Below, piece after piece: positions 16,829-25,602 of a DNA stretch of 64,000 nt. The translations under genes were made by a program, and so were the position numbers. Numbering within the stretch: position 1 is the first letter of the stretch; each line of letters opens with the position of its first letter. A model generated the notes under the pieces. That model was not told the DNA's origin and searched no databases. It saw nothing but the letters and a program-made list of their open reading frames with translations. This DNA comes from a virus. The stretch is from positions 41,060-105,059 of IMG/VR virus record IMGVR_UViG_3300027797_000016; one strand, 5' to 3'.

Positions 16829-16930
16829 TTAGAATGAGGTGATAATGGTGTAAGTCACACGAGTTCCCCATTGCATAAAGGTGAGGAATGAGACGACAAA
16901 AATCAGTCTATCAAGGTTAGAAAGGGACAT
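16829..16930 (-). CDS. Small hydrophobic protein, 33 aa
   Basis: Translated by hand; follows promoter copy 8. Confidence 0.6.
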   Translation of the reverse strand: MSLSNLDRLIFVVSFLTFMQWGTRVTYTIITSF

Positions 16931-17010
16931 TAGGTCTCTTGGGTTACTCACCTACTATAAAGCACCTTGCAGACGATCCTGAAGGTGCTTGTGACGGTTT
17001 TAGAAGTGGA
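16931..17010 (-). promoter_or_regulatory. PeSL-like early promoter module, copy 8
   Basis: CACTTCTAAAACCGTCACAA; AAGCACCTT/AAGGTGCTT hairpin; TATAGT. Confidence 0.7.
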
Positions 17011-17018
17011 TAAGGTAT

Positions 17019-17351
17019 TTAACTTAAGACAGATGCATTGACAATAATATTACCTTCTCTTTGTTTCTCTTTGACTGAACTTCCATTCACAGTAAAGACA
17101 TTATAATAATATCTACCACTATCAAGAGAAGCAGTTATAGTACTTGCCATTGAGATTCTAATTGTACTGGTACTTGTTGTAATTCCAGTCGTAAATGGAT
17201 AAGTTGTTGTGTCTCCTGCATACTTTGCAAGAAATGCAGATGCTGTGTATGATGAAATACCAACAAGAGATTGGTCTGGGTTTTTAAGAATAAAATCTCT
17301 TGTAAAATCTTCACCTTGTTGTATTGTGAAGTTCTCTGCGATGACTGACAT
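17019..17351 (-). CDS. Small virion structural protein (BppU-N-like beta sandwich)
   Basis: I.QG.DF...GRYYY.V pattern. Confidence 0.7.
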   Translation of the reverse strand: MSVIAENFTIQQGEDFTRDFILKNPDQSLVGISSYTASAFLAKYAGDTTTYPFTTGITTSTSTIRISMASTITASLDSGRYYYNVFTVNGSSVKEKQREGNIIVNASVLS

Positions 17352-17354
17352 TTT

Positions 17355-18683
17355 TTATCTTGTTAATGCTTGGAGTTGTTGATTGGGAAGTCTTTTTGGG
17401 TAGTATTTTAAGTATTTGCAATGACAATTAATTCTAGAATTGCTGGCTATTTCGGTGAGACCTATAATTAACATACTAACATTAATTTTATCTGGAACTA
17501 CACCTAAATTATCAGTACCCATCAAAATACCATTTCTGGCAGCAGCAAAATTATTCTCTTTAAATGCAAAGGAAACTTTTGATCCTGTTGCTGCCAACCC
17601 AAAATCAATTCCAACTTGATCGTTATATGCACCTCCAGGTCGAACTCCATTTCTTACAAGAAAATATCCCCCACCAAATCTGGTAGTTATAAAATATTGA
17701 ATTGTATAAAATGAATCTCCAACTGCAGTACCTGCAACACCAAATCCTGGATATCCTTCTGGTGCATTGACATTAAACGGGAAATCAGTATGTTCCAATA
17801 AAATAGTTCCTTCAGTTCCATTATACCAACTAAAATTATTTTGTGTTATTATTGCAGTATCTTTATCTCGGGTTCTTGTTGATCCTATTGTGGGTATGTA
17901 GGAGGTTGGGAATGCTCCTGCTTCCAGTTGAGCACCCCAGATGTAGATACCTGATGTTCCGTCTCCAGTATATTGTGTTGTAGAACCATTATATATTATA
18001 ATGGATGGGTTATTGGTTGTATTTACTGTACCCTTTGTTGCAGTTAAAATGCATCTATACCATCCGTTTGGATATGCTATTGTTGTTGCTGATATTGCAG
18101 TATAATCTGCACTTGTAAGACCAGTAGATACAATTGCACCATTAGATAAATTAAAAATTACTTGTGCAGCGGCATTTAAAAAATTAGAAAGAGATAATGA
18201 AACATAACCTCTTTCTGCTGCTTTTGCAAATACACTCAAAGTTACAGTTTCATTACTTGCAGTTCTTCCAACATAAGCAAAATGTTCTACATTAGATGCA
18301 GTATTTTCTACTAATTTCTCTGCACTATTAGTTCCATCAGGTGCAGTCGTTGCTGATGTATTTGTTGTAATACCTATATTTGATTTAGTCCAAGCAGCAT
18401 TATCAAACTGCTCACTATAAGTCAACAAATTAGTCCTACTCTCCTCCACCAACAAACCCAAACTCTCACCAGTCACCGGGTTGTGGTCAAAACGTGCCTC
18501 ATTGACTCCGGATAACTTAATCAACCCATCAGCACCCGTATAAGACCCACCAGATGCTCTTGTGAAGGTGATTCTTGAGTCTAGTGCCTTCACCCGTGCA
18601 AAGTTTAGATCCAGAGTTGGTCTAACCTCTGGATAGTCTAAATCAGTTGTATCAGCAGAAAGCAGAAAGGTATCAATACTCAT
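17355..18683 (-). CDS. Spike/fibre receptor-binding-like protein A
   Basis: ITFTRAS..RFDH.P.TGE.LGLLVEESRTN; PTSYIPT; lectin/LamG-like C-terminus. Confidence 0.8.
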   Translation of the reverse strand: MSIDTFLLSADTTDLDYPEVRPTLDLNFARVKALDSRITFTRASGGSYTGADGLIKLSGVNEARFDHNPVTGESLGLLVEESRTNLLTYSEQFDNAAWTKSNIGITTNTSATTAPDGTNSAEKLVENTASNVEHFAYVGRTASNETVTLSVFAKAAERGYVSLSLSNFLNAAAQVIFNLSNGAIVSTGLTSADYTAISATTIAYPNGWYRCILTATKGTVNTTNNPSIIIYNGSTTQYTGDGTSGIYIWGAQLEAGAFPTSYIPTIGSTRTRDKDTAIITQNNFSWYNGTEGTILLEHTDFPFNVNAPEGYPGFGVAGTAVGDSFYTIQYFITTRFGGGYFLVRNGVRPGGAYNDQVGIDFGLAATGSKVSFAFKENNFAAARNGILMGTDNLGVVPDKINVSMLIIGLTEIASNSRINCHCKYLKYYPKRLPNQQLQALTR

Positions 18684-18689
18684 TGTTTA

Positions 18690-19112
18690 TCAGGTAGTGG
18701 TTATTCCATATCTCCAAGTCCCAGCTGGAGTTCTAATATAAAGTCTGTTATTTGTGGTATCATAAATCAACGGAACAGTTCCAATTGGTACTGCAGGTTC
18801 TGCACCAGTAGGAGGACCTACAGTAGGAGCACCAGCACAAGTTGGAATACATAAGAACCCATTTGTTGCGGTGGTTGCTAATGAACTTCCAGCACCAATG
18901 ACTACATTACCACTATTTGGTTGTAGTGTAAGGTTAGTATAATTATTTGTTGTTCCAGTTGTAGGAAAACCAACAATGGTTGTAGTTGATGCAATACCAA
19001 CGGGTGACTGAATATTTCTTACAGTAATACCAGAAGAGTTCTGGAATGCAAGTTCACCAAGCATTCCATTGGTAGGAATTTGATTAGAATTTGAGCCTAT
19101 AAGACTTGCCAT
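18690..19112 (-). CDS. Short fibre-associated virion protein
   Basis: NQIPTNGMLG N-terminus; IYDTTNNRLYI. Confidence 0.75.
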   Translation of the reverse strand: MASLIGSNSNQIPTNGMLGELAFQNSSGITVRNIQSPVGIASTTTIVGFPTTGTTNNYTNLTLQPNSGNVVIGAGSSLATTATNGFLCIPTCAGAPTVGPPTGAEPAVPIGTVPLIYDTTNNRLYIRTPAGTWRYGITTT

Positions 19113-19136
19113 ATGACTTATACTTTATTTTACTAT

Positions 19137-19487
19137 TTAGAAGAAGGTTCTCTGTGGATTTTGTGGAGTTACTACATAATCTTCTAACTCATTAGGAAGT
19201 GGAATTTCTGGTTTGTTACCATAAACCGTTCTGTAGTTATAATGATATCCTTCTATTTGAGTTGGTGGAGTAATGACTTCTCCAACTTCACTATAAACAC
19301 CATCACCATTAAAAAGAATACCAACCTCATCAATTGCAAAAGTTTCAGTTTGAGTTGTGATTTCTAATGAGTCTAGTGGTTCATTAGTTTCTGGGTTATA
19401 TGAAGTATGAGTGTGCTCTGGGATTGTGGAGAACACTTGGAGTGCTTCTTCTTTGGAAGCGAACTTAAGGAAATAATCTGTTATCAT
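19137..19487 (-). CDS. Probable spike/fibre partner protein
   Basis: YFLKF..E.EA...HYNYR...P..P.R.F. Confidence 0.7.
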   Translation of the reverse strand: MITDYFLKFASKEEALQVFSTIPEHTHTSYNPETNEPLDSLEITTQTETFAIDEVGILFNGDGVYSEVGEVITPPTQIEGYHYNYRTVYGNKPEIPLPNELEDYVVTPQNPQRTFF

Positions 19488-19503
19488 GATGTTTTTGTTT
19501 TAT

Positions 19504-20835
19504 TTATGATGTGAGGGTTTGGAGTTGGGAGTTAGAAAGACGGACTGGGTAGTATGAGAGTCTGGAGATGGTTCCATTTAGGTATCTATTAGTATCACTT
19601 TCACGACCAACAACTAATATATTAAATCCACTTTGACTTATATTACCTGTAGCATCCAAAGAAATATTTCCTCCATTTAAACATTGTGAGAAGTAATTTA
19701 CATCCTCATAATTAAATATCGATTTACCATTTCCTGATGTATAAGTATTTGATATAAATTCAACTGCATATGTAAAATCTGTTAAAAATGCAAAACTTCG
19801 CATGGTTGATATATACACTCCGGATTCTTGCCCTCCTATTCTTGAGGACATTCTACGACTAATATTAGAACTATCAAATATACTAACTAAATACATATCT
19901 AAAATACTACTTGGGTGAATTTTGTTATTAAAATTCACTAAGAAACTCCCCTCATCCTGTCTATACCAACTACTAAAGTTCTTACCAGTTATTGATGCAT
20001 TATCTGCTGCTCGGGTTCTTGTTGATCCTACTGTGGGTATGTAGGAGGTTGGGAAGGATGCTTGTTCTATTTGGGCGCCCCAGACGTAGATGCCACTGGT
20101 GCCGTCTCCTGTGTAAACAGTATTTATACTCGTTGTATTTAAAGTTACATTAAAATTAACTGCAGTTCCACTACCTGCGGTTGAAGGAATTCCCGTTAAA
20201 ATACATCTATACCACCCGTTTGGATATTGTTGAATATTTGTTGTAATTACCGATCCATTTCCTTCTGCTAAAGTACTAACTACACTTCCAGTATCACTAT
20301 CAAACCAAGCAGATGCTCTATTTCCTGCTGCACCTGCTGCAATTATTTGAAATCTTATTCTATATCTTTCTGCAGATTTTATGAAAATAGAAGCAGTATA
20401 TGTTGCAGATGTTGATCCGGATACATCTAAATTTATAAAATGATCTGTGCTTGGACTTGTATCTTCATATAGTTTTTCGCAATCATTAGTTCCATTTGGA
20501 GATAAAGTTGCTGCAACATTTGCTGATACAGAAGTCCGGACTTTACTCCAAGCAGCATTATCAAACTGCTCACTATAAGTCAACAAATTAGTCCTACTCT
20601 CCTCCACCAACAAACCCAAACTCTCACCAGTCACCGGGTTGTGGTCAAAACGTGCTTCATTTACTCCAGATAACTTAATCAACCCATCAGCACCCACATA
20701 AGACCCACCACTAGATCTTGTAAAGGTAATACGGGGGTCTAGTGTTTTACTATTTGCAAAATCAAGGTCAAGTGTAGGTAGCACAATAGGGTAATCAAGT
20801 TCTGCACTGGTATTAAAAACTTGTTTGACTGACAT
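19504..20835 (-). CDS. Spike/fibre receptor-binding-like protein B
   Basis: Paralog of A and C. Confidence 0.8.
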   Translation of the reverse strand: MSVKQVFNTSAELDYPIVLPTLDLDFANSKTLDPRITFTRSSGGSYVGADGLIKLSGVNEARFDHNPVTGESLGLLVEESRTNLLTYSEQFDNAAWSKVRTSVSANVAATLSPNGTNDCEKLYEDTSPSTDHFINLDVSGSTSATYTASIFIKSAERYRIRFQIIAAGAAGNRASAWFDSDTGSVVSTLAEGNGSVITTNIQQYPNGWYRCILTGIPSTAGSGTAVNFNVTLNTTSINTVYTGDGTSGIYVWGAQIEQASFPTSYIPTVGSTRTRAADNASITGKNFSSWYRQDEGSFLVNFNNKIHPSSILDMYLVSIFDSSNISRRMSSRIGGQESGVYISTMRSFAFLTDFTYAVEFISNTYTSGNGKSIFNYEDVNYFSQCLNGGNISLDATGNISQSGFNILVVGRESDTNRYLNGTISRLSYYPVRLSNSQLQTLTS

Positions 20836-20854
20836 ATTATTAGTTTATTTTTAT

Positions 20855-22456
20855 TTAGACTGTGATTCCACTTCTTATAACCTTTAATGTATTATTACGA
20901 TATGTAGGTGAGAATAATAACCGTGCATTTGCTCCGCTAATATCAGCACCAAAAGAACCTAAAACCTCACTATTTGCAAGACTTGCATATTCTATATAAT
21001 CACAAGCAGTCGCAGCAGAACCAACACTTTGTAAAATCATAATATCAGTACTTTGATAGTTTCTCACTACACTTGTGGCAGGAAAACTAAATCCAGACCC
21101 TAATGCACCCAATGTTGCACTTAATGTATTTCCAGTCACATAACCACTTCCGGGAGATACAATCACAACAGATGCAACTCCACCAGATTTAGTCATTGTA
21201 TTACCAACACCAGCAAAGGTAGTTGTTCCAATACCAGTGACTTGAGACCCTGCCTGATTATAAAAGAGTCTTAATGCAGTAGTACCAACACCAACTGCAA
21301 AGTAAATATTACCCGCAGTCACTGCAAACCCAGTAAATCCAGAGTTTGGAATACTAGATGCAAATGAGACTGCAATTGATGATGCAGTTCCTAGTCCGTG
21401 AACTGCAGTAGTTACAATTAAATTAGATGCACTTGTAAATCCAACTGCATTAAAGGAAAGTCCAATACCAATATTTGCTCTTGCATCATTACCACTACCA
21501 CCAGTAATAGCAACATTCGTATAAGATGCTTCTGTAAATCCAGCACCAGCAGTGATTGTACCAACTGATGTAAGATTCGTAGACATTCCTGATGTAATCA
21601 GTTGTCCGGTGCAAGCAATCGAGACTTGATATCTTGCAGTCTGGAATGTTGCAGTAGGAAGACTATCTAATACTTGATTCGCAGTGGTTGCAGTAGTGGT
21701 AAGAATACCAGAGGTTTGAGAACCTATGACTCCAGTATTAAATGTTGCTGATGTAGTAACTCCAGAAACATTTAGATTAGTTGCAGATGCACTTCCTAAT
21801 ATTGGTGTGACTAATGTAGGACTAGTAGCAAATACAGCAGCACCAGTACCAGTCTCATCAGTAAGTGCTGCTGCTAGATTAGAACTTGATGGTGTTGCAA
21901 GGAAAGTAGCAACGTTAGCAGCAAGACCAGAAATACCTGTAGAAACCGGTAGTCCAGTACAATTTGTAAGAGTACCAGATTGTGGAGTTCCTAATATTGG
22001 TGTGACTAATGTAGGACTAGTAGCAAATACAGCAGCACCAGAACCAACATTATCAGTAAGTGCTGTTAAGAGTTGTAGTGATGTAAAAGACCCCAATGAT
22101 GTTGCGGTATTAACTGATGTGATTGCACCAGTGAGATTAGGTATATTAGTTGTTGAGGTTGCAGTTCCACTGACTGCACCACTAAATGATGTTGCAGTAA
22201 TGATACCTGCAGTTACATTTGCAAGTGTTGTGATACCAGTTACATTTAAGTCAGTAAAGGTATTGGGTGCATTTGCGATTGCAGTTTCGATTGTTGCAGT
22301 TGTGGTTGCATCTAATGAAGCAATGTTTCTTAACTGTCTTCCTGCACTGATGACTTCTGTGTTACCAATACTTACTGATGTGACTGATGTGATACCAGCA
22401 TTTACAATATTTCTACTATCATCGATGATAGTAGAGTTTGAAATTTTAATTGCCAC
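20855..22456 (-). CDS. Tail-fibre-like virion protein
   Basis: AVFATSPTLVTPILG repeats; C-terminal domain shared with 25603..29862. Confidence 0.8.
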   Translation of the reverse strand: MAIKISNSTIIDDSRNIVNAGITSVTSVSIGNTEVISAGRQLRNIASLDATTTATIETAIANAPNTFTDLNVTGITTLANVTAGIITATSFSGAVSGTATSTTNIPNLTGAITSVNTATSLGSFTSLQLLTALTDNVGSGAAVFATSPTLVTPILGTPQSGTLTNCTGLPVSTGISGLAANVATFLATPSSSNLAAALTDETGTGAAVFATSPTLVTPILGSASATNLNVSGVTTSATFNTGVIGSQTSGILTTTATTANQVLDSLPTATFQTARYQVSIACTGQLITSGMSTNLTSVGTITAGAGFTEASYTNVAITGGSGNDARANIGIGLSFNAVGFTSASNLIVTTAVHGLGTASSIAVSFASSIPNSGFTGFAVTAGNIYFAVGVGTTALRLFYNQAGSQVTGIGTTTFAGVGNTMTKSGGVASVVIVSPGSGYVTGNTLSATLGALGSGFSFPATSVVRNYQSTDIMILQSVGSAATACDYIEYASLANSEVLGSFGADISGANARLLFSPTYRNNTLKVIRSGITV

Positions 22457-22483
22457 CGTCTTCGTTTACACTAGGGGTTATTG

Positions 22484-23752
22484 TTATTTAGTTAATGCTT
22501 GGAGTTGAGCGTTGGTAAGTCTTTTTTGGTAGTATGAGAGTCTGGAGATGGTGTACTGTCCAATTGTAGTTCTTTGATCAGTATTTTTTCCAAATTCTAA
22601 TTGATTAAATCCTGGAGAAGTTGCGTATATATTACCACTTCCTGTTCCTATTGTCCCATTTAATGCAGAAATAATTGGAGATGAATTTATATTGTAAGAT
22701 TGAATTACTTTTTGAAAATTATTATTTGTTAAAGAAAATTGTGGATATAAATTTGTTCCTCCAACATTATATTGAGTATGAATACTGTTTGATATAGTTA
22801 GTAATCTAAAGTAATTATTAATCGTTCCAAATGTGGTTGCTGGGTAATTATTAATACTCCATATATTATTAGTAATATTTAATTCAGTTTTAAATTGTGC
22901 AAAAAATGTCCCCTCATCCTGCCGATACCACTCTCTAAAGTTCTTACCAGTTATTGATGCATTATCTGCTGCTCGGGTTCTTGTTGATCCTACTGTGGGT
23001 ATGTAGGAGGTTGCGAATTCTCCGGATTCGACTTGTATTCCCCAAAAATAATTGTCTGCAGACCCGCCCTCAAGGTCAACACGAGCATCAGGTCCAAAAA
23101 CTCCACCATTATAATCAGGTCTTGCAACTAAAGTACAACTAAATCTATACCAATCATTTTGATATCTTTCAGTTCTTATATTTTGAAATTGTCCGCTATT
23201 AGGATTATTTCCATCAAATCTAAAATTATATGTTCCCAACGACCCGCCACCAACTGACTGTTGAAATATTTCTATATTACTAAAGTCTCTATTCAGTCCA
23301 CCAAATCTTCTTTTAGAAAAAAAACTGAGTGCTAGTGTAGAAAGTCCATTAGCATTAAAAACACTTGACGTTAATTCACTTACAGTAATATAATAAACAG
23401 TTCCTAAAACTCCATAAGGATTTAATATTGTATCAGTATTTACTTGTGTATTTAAATTCCCACTCCAACCTGACACAAAGTCTTCACTATAAGTAATCAA
23501 ATTAGTCCTACTCTCCTCCACCAGTAACCCCAAAGATTCACCAGTATAAGGATCGTGGTCGAATCGTGCCTCATTGACTCCGGCAAATTTAATATAACCA
23601 TCAGCACCCACATAAGACCCACCAGATGCTCTAGTGAAGGTTATTCTTGGGTCTAGTGTTTTACTATTTGCAAAATCTAGGTCAAGTGTAGGTCTTACAC
23701 TTGGGAAATTATTAACTGATGACTTATTGGAACCAACTCTAAAAACAGACAT
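22484..23752 (-). CDS. Spike/fibre receptor-binding-like protein C
   Basis: Paralog of A and B. Confidence 0.8.
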   Translation of the reverse strand: MSVFRVGSNKSSVNNFPSVRPTLDLDFANSKTLDPRITFTRASGGSYVGADGYIKFAGVNEARFDHDPYTGESLGLLVEESRTNLITYSEDFVSGWSGNLNTQVNTDTILNPYGVLGTVYYITVSELTSSVFNANGLSTLALSFFSKRRFGGLNRDFSNIEIFQQSVGGGSLGTYNFRFDGNNPNSGQFQNIRTERYQNDWYRFSCTLVARPDYNGGVFGPDARVDLEGGSADNYFWGIQVESGEFATSYIPTVGSTRTRAADNASITGKNFREWYRQDEGTFFAQFKTELNITNNIWSINNYPATTFGTINNYFRLLTISNSIHTQYNVGGTNLYPQFSLTNNNFQKVIQSYNINSSPIISALNGTIGTGSGNIYATSPGFNQLEFGKNTDQRTTIGQYTISRLSYYQKRLTNAQLQALTK

Positions 23753-25563
23753 TACTTAATATTCTCCTTCAGGTTATTTATCTCTTTCTGTTGCTTCTTC
23801 ACGACCTCAATCAGTAATCCAATCAAACCATTATAATTCACAGTCTTACTATCAGTACCATTTACAAGTTCTGGAAGAACTTTCTCCACTTCTTGAGCAA
23901 TCACACCCATAGAACTTCTACCACTTTCTTTCCAATCAAAGGATACTCCATTAATCTGTAGAACCTTATCTATTGGATTTATAATTGGTTTAATGTTCTC
24001 TTTGAGGTTAATGTCCGATGCAGAGTTAAAATCAGTAGATGTGGTAACACCAGAGACTAATACATCTCCAATGACGTGAAGTTTACTTGTTGGATTTGTG
24101 GTTCCAATACCAAGATTACCAGAGACATAAGCACCACCAGTGACCTGAAGTCTTTGTAATGATGTTCCTGTTGATGTTGCAGCACCAATAAAGACGGGTC
24201 CATTTACAAAGGTAGAAATTCCTGTAATTTGTAAGTCAGTAAATGTATTGGGTGCATTTGAGATTGCACTCTCAATTGTTGCAGTCGTAACACTATCAAG
24301 AGAAGCAATATTTTGTAACTGTCTTCCTGAACTAATGACTTGAGTAGATGCAATATTTAAAGAACCAACTGTACCAATACCACTATAAGAAACATTGGTT
24401 CCTGATAGGTTAGTAATAGTTCCATTAGTACTGTTAAAGGTTGTAATAGTCCCTGCAGTACCAGTTAAATTGGTAATAGTTCCATTAGTACTGTTAAAGG
24501 TTGTAATAGTCCCTGCAGTACCAGTTAGATTGGTAATAGTTCCTGTGGTACTGTTAAGAGTTGTAATCGTACCAATACCAGTAATCCTTCCATTTCTTGC
24601 TGTAAACTCATCAAATACTAAATCATCAGCAACATATAAGTCTCCACCAACATATAAATCTCCACCAGTAGTTGTAATACCACCAGAACTTGCAAGTGTA
24701 CTAATACCAGCAACAGTAATACTACCAAATAAAGTAGTTGGTCCACTTATGTTTGATGGACCAGGAAAGACTGTAAGTGCATCAACAACAGCAGTAGTTA
24801 CAACATCAATACCTTGTAAGAAAGTAGAAACTCCAGATACTCTTAATGAACCAGTACTTGTAAGACCAGATACTACTAGTGAATTTGTTGTTGTAACTCC
24901 AGAAACTACTAATGAACCAGTTGTTGTAACTCCAGTATTATTGATTGTAGTACTTCTTACATTAGTGATTGTAGAAATACCAGTATAGTTTAGATTAGTT
25001 CCAGAGATATTAGTTACAGAACCATTTGTATAAGTTAATGTAGTTCCACTGATTGTTGTTACAGTACTAACACCTAAAGAGTTTATATTTCCTGTTAGAT
25101 TACCAACAAAACCACCAGAAGAAGTAGTAACTCCAGAAACTAATACATTTCCACGAACATCAAGAGTTACTAAAGGATTTGTGGTTCCAATACCAACAAG
25201 ACCAGTATTTGTAGTAGAAACAATCGTTCCACCAGTTCCTACATTTAAAATTCTAACAGTTGCAATACCAGTTATATTTCCGTTTCTTGCTGTAAACTCA
25301 TCAAATACTAAATCATCAGCAACATATAAGTCTCCACCAACATATAAATCACTTACAGTAGTTGTGACCCCAGTAAATGTAGATACACCAGTTACAATTA
25401 ATGTTTGTAGTTTTGTATTTCCAACTACCTCAAACTTTGTACTTGGATTTGCAGTACCAATACCAATATTTGGTAGTGCTGTGGTTGCAATACCAACATT
25501 TTTATTGGCGTCATTAACTCTAACAAATGAAGCAAATTGTGAAAGTTCTCTATTATTAGCCAT
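23752..25563 (-). CDS. Tail fibre with C-terminal intramolecular chaperone (peptidase S74)
   Basis: GIGTTNP repeats; SDINLKENI...GVIAQEVEKVLPELV...VNY. Confidence 0.85.
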   Translation of the reverse strand: MANNRELSQFASFVRVNDANKNVGIATTALPNIGIGTANPSTKFEVVGNTKLQTLIVTGVSTFTGVTTTVSDLYVGGDLYVADDLVFDEFTARNGNITGIATVRILNVGTGGTIVSTTNTGLVGIGTTNPLVTLDVRGNVLVSGVTTSSGGFVGNLTGNINSLGVSTVTTISGTTLTYTNGSVTNISGTNLNYTGISTITNVRSTTINNTGVTTTGSLVVSGVTTTNSLVVSGLTSTGSLRVSGVSTFLQGIDVVTTAVVDALTVFPGPSNISGPTTLFGSITVAGISTLASSGGITTTGGDLYVGGDLYVADDLVFDEFTARNGRITGIGTITTLNSTTGTITNLTGTAGTITTFNSTNGTITNLTGTAGTITTFNSTNGTITNLSGTNVSYSGIGTVGSLNIASTQVISSGRQLQNIASLDSVTTATIESAISNAPNTFTDLQITGISTFVNGPVFIGAATSTGTSLQRLQVTGGAYVSGNLGIGTTNPTSKLHVIGDVLVSGVTTSTDFNSASDINLKENIKPIINPIDKVLQINGVSFDWKESGRSSMGVIAQEVEKVLPELVNGTDSKTVNYNGLIGLLIEVVKKQQKEINNLKENIK

Positions 25564-25602
25564 TTTTCATTTGTTAGATGTTACTTCTTACTATAGTATT
25601 TA

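Noticed and set aside
17355-23752. Diversity-generating retroelement or invertase shufflon behind the spike paralogs
   Set aside because: No reverse transcriptase or recombinase in the window, differences are not adenine-specific, and all copies are in direct orientation
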